From Candidatus Dojkabacteria bacterium (lineage in GTDB: Bacteria; Patescibacteriota; Dojkabacteria; JAOAGR01), in assembly GCA_025999155.1 (NCBI GenBank), contig AP026679.1:227996-291995 (forward strand): DNA of 64,000 nucleotides, written 5' to 3'. A program made the translations under genes and the position numbers. Position 1 is the stretch's first letter. Each line of letters starts with the position of its first letter. The notes under the pieces are model-generated. The model was not told where the DNA came from. It saw only the letters and a list, made by a program, of their open reading frames with translations, and did no database searches. This document shows positions 19,260 through 29,510 of the stretch, in pieces.

Positions 19260-20477
19260 ATGGCTCAATTCAAATATAAAATTGTAGATAAAACGAATTT
19301 AATCAGAACAGGAGTCATTGAGGGTAATCATTTAGATGAAGTAGCGGAAGTATTACTTGAACAAGGGTTCACTATTGTAGAACTTAAACCAGCTGGCATG
19401 TTCTTAGATGAACTAAAAAGAATCAATATAGGAGGAATACCGTTTGCAGAAAAAGTTATCTTTATAAGACAAATGTCATTTATGCTTAATGCAGGTTTAC
19501 CATTGACTGATGCTTTAAGTATAGCTTTAAATCAGATCAAAAATTTAGAATTTCGTAACAAAGTCGAAGCGCTCAGAAGAGATGTGGAGTCCGGAATACC
19601 TCTATCACAATCGATAGAAAAACAGGGGAAATTATTTGATACTGTGACAAAGAATTTGATAAAAGCGGGAGAGGAATCAGGAAAACTAGATATCATTATG
19701 GAGAGAATCGCGGACAACTTTGAGAAAAAACAAGACTTCAAGAACAGGGTTCAGGGGGCGCTTATTTATCCGATAATTATAATTCTTGCTATTATTGGCG
19801 TAGTTGTAGCTCTTCTGGTTTTTATGGTTCCAGAAATGAGTAAACTGTATGCTGATCAAGGTGCTGAACTACCACTTGCTACTCAGATTATTATTAATAC
19901 AAGTAATTTCTTGACTTCCGGTCCCGGGGGAATACTGCTATTATTAATATTCATGACATTGATAGGAAGCTTAATTTATTACCGTCGAACTCCCTCAGGA
20001 CGGTTAGTCACAGATAAACTAATTCTAAAAATTCCAATTTTTGGTGAACTTGCTCGTAAGTCGCAAGTAACAGAATTTGCTATGACACTGTCTATGTTAA
20101 TTAGTGCAGGTATTCCTATCCTTGACGCACTTAAACTAGTAGCCGACTCAATGACAAATGTATTGTTCCAGATAGAGATTCTAGAAGCGAGAAAAAAAGT
20201 TGAAAAAGGCATTCCATTATCCTTGCCTCTACTCGCGAGTGAAGCCTTCCCTGAACTATTAGGTCATATGGTAAAAGTAGGTGAAGAAACAGGAAAACTA
20301 GATGAGGTAATTTTAAAAGTAGGCACTCAATACATGAAGGAAGTAGATTACATGGTGAGTAATCTGACTAAATTAATGGAACCTGTAATTCTGATTTTGA
20401 TGGGAGTGGTAGTAGGAGGCTTAGCAATAGCCGTTTATTTGCCAATCATAAGTTTAGGTAACGTAATCACACAATAA
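19260..20477 (+). CDS. pilC: type IV pilus platform protein PilC (GspF family)
   Basis: Two T2SS_F repeats with three TM segments. Length is 405 aa. Confidence 0.9.
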   Translation: MAQFKYKIVDKTNLIRTGVIEGNHLDEVAEVLLEQGFTIVELKPAGMFLDELKRINIGGIPFAEKVIFIRQMSFMLNAGLPLTDALSIALNQIKNLEFRNKVEALRRDVESGIPLSQSIEKQGKLFDTVTKNLIKAGEESGKLDIIMERIADNFEKKQDFKNRVQGALIYPIIIILAIIGVVVALLVFMVPEMSKLYADQGAELPLATQIIINTSNFLTSGPGGILLLLIFMTLIGSLIYYRRTPSGRLVTDKLILKIPIFGELARKSQVTEFAMTLSMLISAGIPILDALKLVADSMTNVLFQIEILEARKKVEKGIPLSLPLLASEAFPELLGHMVKVGEETGKLDEVILKVGTQYMKEVDYMVSNLTKLMEPVILILMGVVVGGLAIAVYLPIISLGNVITQ

Positions 20478-20491
20478 ATACTTTTGGGTAC

Positions 20492-20519
20492 TTGCAAAGC
20501 TTCACACAAGTGTTATATT
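20492..20519 (+). promoter_or_regulatory. sigma70-like promoter of the pilin gene (-35 TTGCAA, 16-nt spacer, TGn-TATATT extended -10)
   Basis: ttgcaa-agcttcacacaagtgt-tatatt is read directly, 20 nt upstream of the pilA ATG. Confidence 0.5.
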
Positions 20520-20538
20520 GGAATCGTCATTAACAGCT

Positions 20539-21063
20539 ATGGAAAATATAAAACAACGAAATAATAAATATGTTACAAAAGGTTTTTCGTTAGTCGAGCT
20601 GATGGTGGTACTTGCCATAATAGGAGTGCTCGCGTCCATATCGATACCGATCATATTAAATGTACAAAGAGACTCAAGAGATTCACAAAGACTCAAGCAG
20701 CTGGACTCGATCAGAATTGCAGCGAGTAAGTATTATACAGAATACAACGAAGATATTAACATATACACAACATTAAGTGGCAACACCTGTACCACTCCTG
20801 TAGGAAACGTCAGCACTCCGCCAACAAGTAGCACTATTACTTATTACATATGTGGAGCAAACAACCCTTCTGCGTCGCGTATGGTACCCGTGCAACTTAC
20901 TTCTGGCTTTTATCTCTCACGTCCATCAAATAGTGCTTGTACGACAGAAAGCACAGGTAAAAGTATAGTATTCTACATAGATAGTCAAACTAATGGTCCC
21001 GGTAGAATTGTTATGTGTAATGAAGGGGGGGGGACCAGAGTACTAGAATATAAACAAGGCTAA
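20539..21063 (+). CDS. pilA: type IV pilin, prepilin-type N-terminus (major pilin candidate)
   Basis: MENIKQRNNKYVTKG|FSLVELMVVLAIIGVLASI carries the class III leader G-F-S-L-V-E motif. The track's start at 20518 is a TTG inside the -10 box, so the ATG at 20539 is preferred. The coding region contains a G9 tract at 21025-21033. Confidence 0.7.
   Translation: MENIKQRNNKYVTKGFSLVELMVVLAIIGVLASISIPIILNVQRDSRDSQRLKQLDSIRIAASKYYTEYNEDINIYTTLSGNTCTTPVGNVSTPPTSSTITYYICGANNPSASRMVPVQLTSGFYLSRPSNSACTTESTGKSIVFYIDSQTNGPGRIVMCNEGGGTRVLEYKQG
21025..21033 (+). repeat. homopolymeric G9 tract inside the pilin coding region
   Basis: aatgaa-ggggggggg-acc encodes N-E-G-G-G-T, 10 codons before the stop. Confidence 0.9.
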
Positions 21064-21084
21064 AAACGCAGTATTAAAATAAAC

Positions 21085-21114
21085 AAAAAGGAAGGCATCG
21101 GTGCTTTCCTTTTT
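21085..21114. terminator. bidirectional rho-independent terminator between convergent pilA and dprA
   Basis: GGAAGGCA-tcgg-TGCTTTCC is an 8-bp stem with one G-U pair. It is flanked by an A-run upstream and a T-run downstream. Confidence 0.6.
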
Positions 21115-21153
21115 ACTATTCATCATAATTAGAGTCCTTCATGTTCATAGAAG

Positions 21154-22257
21154 TTAGCGTATAACCGGACTCCAAGAATCATACTCGTTTTGCCGGATCA
21201 ATCCTTTTAGTTCTAGTGTAGTAATAATCGGCATAAGTTGAGATGGCTCAAATGATAAAAGTTCTATAAGTTCGTCTGTAGAATAGGGTCCTTTACAGAT
21301 AAGATCATAAACTGCGCTTTCGTTTTCATTTAAATCATCTTCACATTTTACAAGTCCAGATTGTAAATTATTCTTTTGTCTTGCAAACCCATAATCCTTC
21401 AAAATATCCTCCACATCAGTCACTAAAGATGCAATATTATTTTTAATTAAATCATTACAGCCCTGACTACTTACTCGAATAATATCTGCTGGAATCGCAT
21501 AAACAAATTTGCCTTGTTCAAATGCAAAATTAGCTGTAATAAGCGAACCACTTTTAGACGCTGCTTCTACGATTAAAGTGCCACGTGATAATCCTGCAAT
21601 TAGACGGTTGCGTGCCGGAAAAAATCTTTTATCAGGAGCCTGATACGGTAAATACTCCGTGATTAAACATCCGCCCTTTGCAATAATAGTCTCATATAGT
21701 CTTGCATTTGTACTAGGATATACGTAATCAAAACCAGAACCTAATACACCGATGCATTTTGCATTATTATCTAAAGCTGTCTGATGGGCAATTGAGTCAA
21801 TTCCCGAAGCTAGGCCGGAAATAATGGTAAATCCGTGTCGGGCAAGATCTGTACAAAACTTCAAGCATTGATCATGACCGTATTTCGTGTACTTGCGAGT
21901 CCCAACTACAGCTATCGACATATTATATTCATATTGACTCTCACCTTTGATAAACAATACAACAGGAGGATCAAATATACTTTTTAAACTCTCAGGATAA
22001 CGTGTATCAAAAAAAGTAATAACATTTATGTGATTACGATCTAAGTGATTAATTAAATCATCCAGTCTATCTTCAATTTGGCTCCGTTGATTTCTCAGGG
22101 TTTCCCGTTGTTTATGGGTGACAGAATTTTCTATATCCTTCCAATCTATGTCAGAACTTTTCAGTTGCGGTAATTGTTCGATCAGGCGAAAAATAGTCTT
22201 GTTACCAAAGTAGGGGACTAGTTTCAGTTTTAGAATATTTAATGTGAATATATCCAT
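21154..22257 (-). CDS. dprA: DNA processing protein A (Smf)
   Basis: It has the Rossmann-like DprA core VGTRKYTKYGHDQCLKF...ISGLASGIDSIAHQ and a C-terminal winged-helix extension. Confidence 0.9.
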   Translation of the reverse strand: MDIFTLNILKLKLVPYFGNKTIFRLIEQLPQLKSSDIDWKDIENSVTHKQRETLRNQRSQIEDRLDDLINHLDRNHINVITFFDTRYPESLKSIFDPPVVLFIKGESQYEYNMSIAVVGTRKYTKYGHDQCLKFCTDLARHGFTIISGLASGIDSIAHQTALDNNAKCIGVLGSGFDYVYPSTNARLYETIIAKGGCLITEYLPYQAPDKRFFPARNRLIAGLSRGTLIVEAASKSGSLITANFAFEQGKFVYAIPADIIRVSSQGCNDLIKNNIASLVTDVEDILKDYGFARQKNNLQSGLVKCEDDLNENESAVYDLICKGPYSTDELIELLSFEPSQLMPIITTLELKGLIRQNEYDSWSPVIR

Positions 22258-22328
22258 GCGAGTACTCTAAAGTCTAAAACAAATTTTAAGAATCTTATCT
22301 TTAATCTTAAAAGTATATAATTTTTAAA

Positions 22329-23186
22329 TTACAACAATATTAATGCGGACCCAATAAATGTTAATAGAGATCCTAATAATTTATTTTTTAAAAAACGCTT
22401 TTCGTGTAAACAGACAATAGCAAACAACACACTCAAAGGTGTTGCTAATTGTAATAAAGGAGCAGTTATTACTAACCAAGTACCTAAAGATACTATCAAA
22501 AATACAAAAAACACATGTCCTAAGAAGAACACTGTCATGAAGATAATCTGTAGCCAATCAATCAGGTTCACATGGATTAATAATTGCTTGGATTCATGAT
22601 AAAAAAACACAATGGATACAAGAGTAGAGATTAAAAAAATCAAAAATATATAAGTGATAATATCACGACCACTATACATAACATAAGCATCATTAGTGAA
22701 ATTCAATCCATATATGATAGCCGCACATAAACCTAAGAGGACGCCCGTAGACAATTGCCAATGTTTTTTACCTTCAAGGGAAATTATTACCACGCCAATA
22801 AGTAAAATTGTAATACCTACTATCTGTTTTAAGGACAAACTCTGACCTAGAAAGAACCAGGAAGCAACTACAGTAAACAAAGGTGACGTCCCGAGCATCA
22901 CAACAACATTAGACATGTCGTCTTTTTTATACGCATACGTTAATAGAAGACTGACCAACACATGAGAAAAACCAGCAATTAACACATTTACAATAACATC
23001 AGAGAATTGACTAAAATGAAAACCTCGTATTAACCCTAATATCAGAAGAATGAATAAACCGGTCCCATAAAACAAAAACACGATACCGCCAGGAGTCAAA
23101 CTTTTATTATTTAATAAATTCTTAGTGAAGTAACGATGTAAAACCAAAAATAAAATCGCTAGTAATAAATAAGTGAACCACGTCAT
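22329..23186 (-). CDS. EamA/DMT-superfamily transporter
   Basis: About 10 TM helices arranged as two 5-TM repeats. Confidence 0.7.
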   Translation of the reverse strand: MTWFTYLLLAILFLVLHRYFTKNLLNNKSLTPGGIVFLFYGTGLFILLILGLIRGFHFSQFSDVIVNVLIAGFSHVLVSLLLTYAYKKDDMSNVVVMLGTSPLFTVVASWFFLGQSLSLKQIVGITILLIGVVIISLEGKKHWQLSTGVLLGLCAAIIYGLNFTNDAYVMYSGRDIITYIFLIFLISTLVSIVFFYHESKQLLIHVNLIDWLQIIFMTVFFLGHVFFVFLIVSLGTWLVITAPLLQLATPLSVLFAIVCLHEKRFLKNKLLGSLLTFIGSALILL

Positions 23187-23508
23187 AAAGCATCTACGAG
23201 TATTATAGTAAAGTCATAACCCCAACTAAATACTTAGTTATCAACAATCTTTTATATCTTATAGAGAGAATAACATTAGTAACCGATAATGAATACAATA
23301 TATATACAAAGAGTCAAAAACACTCTGATCATAATACTGAAAGCGACCCCTAAAACAATGAGTTTACATGACAATTAATATTACAATGTACGATTAGATT
23401 GCAAATGACAAAACATAGATTTCTGTGAGATAAACGTGATAGAATTCATTCTCAGATTGAAATCTAATAGATATATATAAATAGCATTTCTAAAACTTAT
23501 AGGATATT

Positions 23509-25422
23509 ATGAAAAAACATGAAATAGTTAAAAAAAATCTACTGGAAATCTTAATCCCATACCCATCTTCAGAACAAATACTAAAAGCTCTTGAGCATGC
23601 AGAACGATTACATGCAAACCAAGTACGAAAATCAGGCGATCCATATATTATACATCCATTTACGGTAGGATACGAAATCGCTAATCTACGCTTGGATACA
23701 AATACCGTAATTGCAGCACTACTACACGATACAATAGAAGACTGTAATATATCTTATGATGAACTTAATCAAGAGTATGGCGACGAGGTAGCTAAATTAG
23801 TAGATGGCGTTACAAAAGTTGCCTCACTGACACATAATTCGCTACAGAGATATTCAGAAATAGAGAATCTTAAGAAGTTTATTATCGCATTATCAAAAGA
23901 TATTCGCGTCCTACTTATCAAACTGGCAGACAGACTTCATAATATGCGAACAATCGAAGCATTACCGCCAGATAAACAAATCACCTATGCCAGAGAAACA
24001 CTGGAACTGTATGTCCCGCTTGCTGAATATATCCGAATCGGTAAATTTAAAAGAGAGTTAGAAGATTTAGCTTTTAAAGTACTAGAACCCGAACGATACA
24101 AAACTATTGAGATGCTAGTGAAAAGATATACCGATTTTGCCTCTACTATAACTAACGATTTAATAGACACAGTAGAAAAACTTTTAATCAACAATAAATT
24201 TAATGATGTCAAAGTATTTGGTCGTACGAAATCATACTATTCTATTTACAAAAAAATCTTACGCAAACTCAAAGAAGGAGAAAAACTAGAAGAATTCGAT
24301 GTGACTAAGATAAAAGACTATATCGCTGTATCGATAGTCCTAAACTCTAATAATAAAATCGATTGTTATCAAGTATTAGGATTAGTTCATGGTAATTTTA
24401 GTTATTCAGAAAAAGACTTTGCTGATTACATCGCAAAACCTAAACCTAATAATTACCAGTCAATTCATACTGTGGTGAAATTTAAAAAGCAATATTGCGA
24501 AATCCAAATAAAAACTCAACAAATGCATGAATATAACGAATTTGGCCCAGCGTCACATATAGCTTATAAACTCAGTGGTAGTAAATATGCCAAACCATCG
24601 AATGAATACGCCTGGGTTAAAAATCTTGCTAAATGGACAGAAGATACTAAAGATTATCGTCTAAACCTTTTTGACAATAGAGTTTTTGTAATAACTCCAA
24701 AAGGTAAAATTGTTGATTTACCAAAGGGCTCAAAACCATTAGATTTTGCATATGCCATACACAGTCAAATAGGTAACAGATATATAGGAGCAAAAATCAA
24801 TGGGAAAATTGTCGATATCAATGCTGAACTACACAATGGTGATGTCGTTGAAATAATCGCATCTAAAAAGAATAAAAGACCTCCGATTGAATGGATTCAT
24901 CATGCGTATCTAGCGAGGACAAAAAGTAAAATTCGTAAATATGCAGCAAAATTCGATACTGAATCGCATATAAGACAAGGGAAAGAAGCACTATCCACAT
25001 ATTTTCTTAAAAAAATCAAGATTGATTGGTTAAATTTAGATTCGACCGTAATTAACTATGTTTTAAATGAGCTTAATATCAAAGAAATTGATAATTTATA
25101 TATCAAGCTAGCACAAAACCAATTAGACAAGAAAACCATTCTGAAACTGACCCTCAAGCGCCTCCACTTACAACAACATAGGACCATTATCCATCAAACA
25201 AGCGGGCAAATAGAGGAAACGACTAAAACAATAAAAAAAGTTAAAATTGAAGGAGTGACCGGCCTGGATTTTACTATAGCAAAATGCTGTAATCCAACTA
25301 TTGATGATACTATTGTCGGTATCGTCACATTAAGAGATGGCCTCAAAATCCATAGGACTAATTGTAAGAATTTACAAGAATTTGATCCGAAAAGAATTCT
25401 TAGAGCAGAGTGGGGTGACTGA
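23509..25422 (+). CDS. rel: bifunctional (p)ppGpp synthetase/hydrolase (RelA/SpoT family)
   Basis: HD hydrolase motif HPFTVGYEIANL...LLHDTIEDC, a RelA_SpoT synthetase domain, and TGS and ACT-like C-terminal domains. Confidence 0.9.
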   Translation: MKKHEIVKKNLLEILIPYPSSEQILKALEHAERLHANQVRKSGDPYIIHPFTVGYEIANLRLDTNTVIAALLHDTIEDCNISYDELNQEYGDEVAKLVDGVTKVASLTHNSLQRYSEIENLKKFIIALSKDIRVLLIKLADRLHNMRTIEALPPDKQITYARETLELYVPLAEYIRIGKFKRELEDLAFKVLEPERYKTIEMLVKRYTDFASTITNDLIDTVEKLLINNKFNDVKVFGRTKSYYSIYKKILRKLKEGEKLEEFDVTKIKDYIAVSIVLNSNNKIDCYQVLGLVHGNFSYSEKDFADYIAKPKPNNYQSIHTVVKFKKQYCEIQIKTQQMHEYNEFGPASHIAYKLSGSKYAKPSNEYAWVKNLAKWTEDTKDYRLNLFDNRVFVITPKGKIVDLPKGSKPLDFAYAIHSQIGNRYIGAKINGKIVDINAELHNGDVVEIIASKKNKRPPIEWIHHAYLARTKSKIRKYAAKFDTESHIRQGKEALSTYFLKKIKIDWLNLDSTVINYVLNELNIKEIDNLYIKLAQNQLDKKTILKLTLKRLHLQQHRTIIHQTSGQIEETTKTIKKVKIEGVTGLDFTIAKCCNPTIDDTIVGIVTLRDGLKIHRTNCKNLQEFDPKRILRAEWGD

Positions 25423-25488
25423 CGGGATTCGAACCCGCGACATCAGCTTCCACAGAGCTGCGCTCTAACCAGCTGAGCTACAGTCACC
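25411..25488 (-). tRNA. tRNA-His (anticodon GTG) with genome-encoded G-1 and CCA
   Basis: The minus strand reads G-1 GTGACTG...CAGCT-CTGTGGA-AGCTG...GCGGG-TTCGAAT-CCCGT-CAGTCAC-C-CCA. Its 3' end overlaps the last 12 nt of rel antisense. Confidence 0.8.
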
Positions 25489-25587
25489 ATCGGGTACAAT
25501 AATATCATGAACACAATATAAAATTAAGCTTTATTGCAAATTGTTTTTCTATAAAGAGTTTTGTAATATTCTTACATAATTGCAGTC

Positions 25588-27072
25588 ATGTCAATTCATA
25601 AACGTATAACCAAAAAATCAGAGGATTATTCTGAGTGGTATTTAGATGTTGTAGAAGCTGCAGATCTTGCCGAAAATTCCTCTGTAAGGGGCTGTATGAT
25701 TATCAAGCCATGGGGTTATGCAATTTGGGAAAATATCCAAAAACACCTTGATGCAATGATCAAAGCTACTGGTCATATTAACGCTTATTTTCCTATTTTT
25801 ATTCCAAAATCTTTTTTCGATAAGGAAGCCGAACATGTTGAAGGATTTGCAAAAGAATCTGCAGTAGTAAGTTATCACCGTCTTAAGTTTAACCCCACTA
25901 GCCGTAAGTTGGAAGTCGATCCGGAAGCAAAACTAGAGGAGGAATTGCTTATTAGACCAACCTCGGAAACGATAATTTATGACTCTTATTCTCGATGGAT
26001 CAAGTCATATAGAGATTTACCTTTACTGATTAATCAATGGGCAAATGTGGTGCGCTGGGAACTACGTACAAGACCTTTTTTGCGTACAGCTGAATTTTTA
26101 TGGCAAGAAGGACATACAGCTCATGCGACAATGGAAGAAGCTGACCAGCATGCAATAAAAATGTTGAACGTCTATAAAACCCTAATAGAAGAATTTCTTG
26201 CAATCGCTACAATACCAGGTAAAAAATCAGAATCCGAAAAATTTGCAGGGGCTCATACGACGTACACATTAGAAGCTATGATGCAAGATGGTAAAGCATT
26301 ACAAGCATGTACTTCACATCATCTTGGTGATAATTTTGCAAAAGCATTCAATATTCAGTTTCAGGATAAGGATGGTAAATTAAAATACGTATGGCAAACT
26401 AGCTGGGGACTATCAACAAGAATTATAGGAGCTCTAATTATGGTGCATAGTGACGATAATGGTTTGGTATTACCACCGAAAATTGCACCTCTGCAGGTAG
26501 TCATTGTACCTATATGGAAAAACGATTCAGAACAAACTTTAGTACTCAATAAAGCCGAAGAAATTTATCAAATGCTATCAAGAACAGATATTACGACAAA
26601 AATCGATATAAGAGATTACTTAACGATCGGGGAAAAATTTTTCGAATGGGAGAAAAAAGGTGTTCCTATTCGTATAGAAGTGGGACCAAAAGATGTACAA
26701 GCAGGCCACACAGTAGTAGTAAGACGTGATACTCTTGAAAAAAGTCATGTCAAGTTTGAAGATATCCGAAATGCTATTCCTGCTACATTAAACTCCATAC
26801 AACAAAATTTATTTGAGAAATCAAGACAGTTTTTATACAGCAATATTCACGAAGTGCATAGCTACGAGGAATTAAAAGATGTAGTTGAAAATCGTAACGG
26901 CTTTGCTTTAGCTTTATGGGATGGGGAAGAAGCGTCAGAAGCCAAAGTCAAAGAAGAAACCAAAGCGACAATTCGATGTATACCCTTCGATATGCAGTCC
27001 AATATTACAGGCAACTGCGTGATAAGTGGTAAACCTGCCAAATATCGAGCTATTTTCGCTAAATCATACTAA
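25588..27072 (+). CDS. proS: prolyl-tRNA synthetase, archaeal/eukaryote-like type
   Basis: It has class II motifs and an N-terminal catalytic domain. It has no bacterial-type INS editing insertion. Length is 494 aa. Confidence 0.9.
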   Translation: MSIHKRITKKSEDYSEWYLDVVEAADLAENSSVRGCMIIKPWGYAIWENIQKHLDAMIKATGHINAYFPIFIPKSFFDKEAEHVEGFAKESAVVSYHRLKFNPTSRKLEVDPEAKLEEELLIRPTSETIIYDSYSRWIKSYRDLPLLINQWANVVRWELRTRPFLRTAEFLWQEGHTAHATMEEADQHAIKMLNVYKTLIEEFLAIATIPGKKSESEKFAGAHTTYTLEAMMQDGKALQACTSHHLGDNFAKAFNIQFQDKDGKLKYVWQTSWGLSTRIIGALIMVHSDDNGLVLPPKIAPLQVVIVPIWKNDSEQTLVLNKAEEIYQMLSRTDITTKIDIRDYLTIGEKFFEWEKKGVPIRIEVGPKDVQAGHTVVVRRDTLEKSHVKFEDIRNAIPATLNSIQQNLFEKSRQFLYSNIHEVHSYEELKDVVENRNGFALALWDGEEASEAKVKEETKATIRCIPFDMQSNITGNCVISGKPAKYRAIFAKSY

Positions 27073-27076
27073 AAAG

Positions 27077-28144
27077 TCATTTTGATTTTTCTGATGGGTC
27101 ATGATCTGGTACATAAAGGGGGTGATATTTTTTATGAGTTTCCTCAGCAAATTTATCACTGGCGTGTACATATTTATCTGTAGTATGTAGACTCTCGTGT
27201 CCTAACAATATCTGAATAGCAGCCGGACTAGCACCACGTTCTACAAGGTAGGTAGCAAAGCCATGTCTAAATGAGTGAGCCGTTGTAGGTACTACAATAC
27301 CAAGCAACTTACGATAATGAGCAATTTTATCTTGAATATAATTAGTAGAAATACGTTTACCTTTAGTCCCATTTCTACCACCTCTTGTTGGTACAAATAA
27401 AGCCTCATTATTATCATCACCACGAGCTTTTAAATATTCTTTGATGTAATACATTGCTCTGGGAGTAATGTAGATAAAACGTTGTTTTTTGCCTTTACCC
27501 TGAATATAGATTTTTCCTTCATCATTAAGATCATGACGATTCAGCTTTACTAACTCTGAAATACGCAATCCACTTGAAAATAAGAGCTCTAAAATTGCCC
27601 GATTTCTCTTTGCGACAATAGGATTTTTTTCATATTCACTGGGGAACTCCATGATGCTTATCAAATCATCTAAATCAGCTACTTGAGATTTTTTTCTTTC
27701 CAGTTTTATTAATTTAACGCTATCTGATGTGATTGGCATTTTTTCAATAAGATCAAAGTCAACCAAATATTTCAAGTATGTTCTTAACGCAGAAAGCATA
27801 CGATTTACACTTTTTGAAGCCAAACTCTCATTTTTCTCACGGGACGAATGATGAACAGAAAATGATTCATAAATTGGCTCCAACAATCCTCGATCGTAAT
27901 CATCTAATTTATGCTTATTAGCATGCCACCATTTTACTATTCTTTCTAAATAATCAGGCGAACGTAAAAAACCCTTATAATAAGTAATCCATCGTTTTGA
28001 CAGTCCATTAAAATCGACATTATAAAGATTCATAAAAGCCTCAAATACAGTTAAATCACGACGATAATTATATACAGTCTCAAAGCTATAATTATTATTT
28101 TGTAGCTCTAACAAAAAATCTTCTTTATAAGGAAGCTGATACAT
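27077..28144 (-). CDS. tyrosine site-specific recombinase, XerC/XerD-like
   Basis: The N-terminus has a core-binding motif YNYRRDLTVF. The C-terminus ...HSFRHGFATYLVERGASPAAIQILLGHESLHTTDKYVH matches the R-H-R-Y catalytic box. Confidence 0.75.
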   Translation of the reverse strand: MYQLPYKEDFLLELQNNNYSFETVYNYRRDLTVFEAFMNLYNVDFNGLSKRWITYYKGFLRSPDYLERIVKWWHANKHKLDDYDRGLLEPIYESFSVHHSSREKNESLASKSVNRMLSALRTYLKYLVDFDLIEKMPITSDSVKLIKLERKKSQVADLDDLISIMEFPSEYEKNPIVAKRNRAILELLFSSGLRISELVKLNRHDLNDEGKIYIQGKGKKQRFIYITPRAMYYIKEYLKARGDDNNEALFVPTRGGRNGTKGKRISTNYIQDKIAHYRKLLGIVVPTTAHSFRHGFATYLVERGASPAAIQILLGHESLHTTDKYVHASDKFAEETHKKYHPLYVPDHDPSEKSK

Positions 28145-29510
28145 ATGAGTTTACCGCTTTTACTAATATAATAAATTTTGTTGTGTTAGACAAAGGAAAG
28201 GTTGAACAAGATACTAACAAACTCCATGGCAGCCCATGTCGATGCATGAGCAATATCTATCAGCGTTTGACTATATATATAATACTTGTCTACATATGCT
28301 TCGATTGTCAGGTAAAGTTGGAAGTCTACCGCAGGAGAAGGTATTACAAGGTATGGCAAATTTAGTGCATGACTATCTGTCGCAGAATCCACATGTATGG
28401 TATCAGCCACTTCCACGACAGAATCCTAATCCATGGGATCAACCCGATCAAGGATCTCATCCTAGTCAAGAATAGAACATGGAGAAGGTGAGGTGGGGTG
28501 GACATGACATTAAGTAGCAGAGAACTAAAAATAGTAGAGAGGGGATTATCGCTAGGTTTGTTTTGGCTCAGAGTGCGACTCTCGCTTAGTTCTGGATAGA
28601 CCATACCAATCTATAAAGCTATAGAGAAGATTTAAAAATTCTAGTTACGAATAAGTCGCAGAACTATATTGACTTGATTGGGGGAGGGAGCCTTCTGGGG
28701 TCTTCCTCGAAAAACCTCAAAATACATGTTATCACCAACCACTCACGCAGCTTTTCTAACCAAGAAAGACGCTCTTCTCTAGAGCACTCTATTTTCGGTT
28801 GTTTATCCATGCGCTATTATATTCCATGCAGACTTTTTTGTAAAGCACTCCTACTATCTATAATGCCAATACAGACAACATACATATGGATCCATACTCT
28901 AGGAAGGTGCCGAACTGATTTTTCTTTTTGTCATGTTTATTTATATCGTCTTTTGAGAGTTAATACTTCTCGTCAATTGTGTTTTTCCTACTGCTAGATA
29001 GTCATGTGAGAAATGTTGATCAAAACTACCACATTAGATTGTTCGTCAAAAACCAAACGGTAAAAATACCATTTTGGTATTACTCTGCTGGTAACTGAAT
29101 TTTGCAAGGTTTTAAGTTTGTTTAATTAGTTTGCATAATCCTACCAAAGTTTTGCTTGTTAGTTGTAATAATAGGGATTAATAAAAAATCGTTATGTTAT
29201 GTTCTATTTTCGTAAAAAACATTAATAATCAATCTTCATGTGAATTTTTAATATAAAACACTACAAGCAATTAATTATCAAATTTCACATTTCGTAGCAA
29301 AAGTATAATTTAATATGGTCATGCGTAAATGTAGAACCTATAATTCTGTTATGACAATATTGTAAACCTTACAGATATAAAAGTTGAAATATAATTTAGA
29401 TTCTAATATAAATATATATGTGTTAAGTACATATAGACCACAAAGGTTAAAAGTTTTTCTTATAGAAGTATATTCTTGACATATATAAATTATCAGTATA
29501 ATTAATTACT

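Noticed and set aside
20518-20538. TTG start at 20518 for the pilin gene
   Set aside because: It lies inside the -10 hexamer of the best promoter. The in-frame ATG at 20539 gives a conventional 15-aa class III leader.
28236-28475. 79-aa ORF (MSMHEQYLSAFDYIY…) as a real small protein
   Set aside because: It is moderately GC-rich and conceivable. However, it overlaps other short ORFs and has no motif or obvious promoter or RBS. It is left uncalled.
28170-29510. tmRNA, SRP RNA or tRNA in the long gene-free stretch
   Set aside because: No T-arm GGTTCGA/TCGAACC, no tmRNA 3' CCACCA context and no SRP domain-IV GGAAGCAGC motif were seen on either strand. This remains unexplained.
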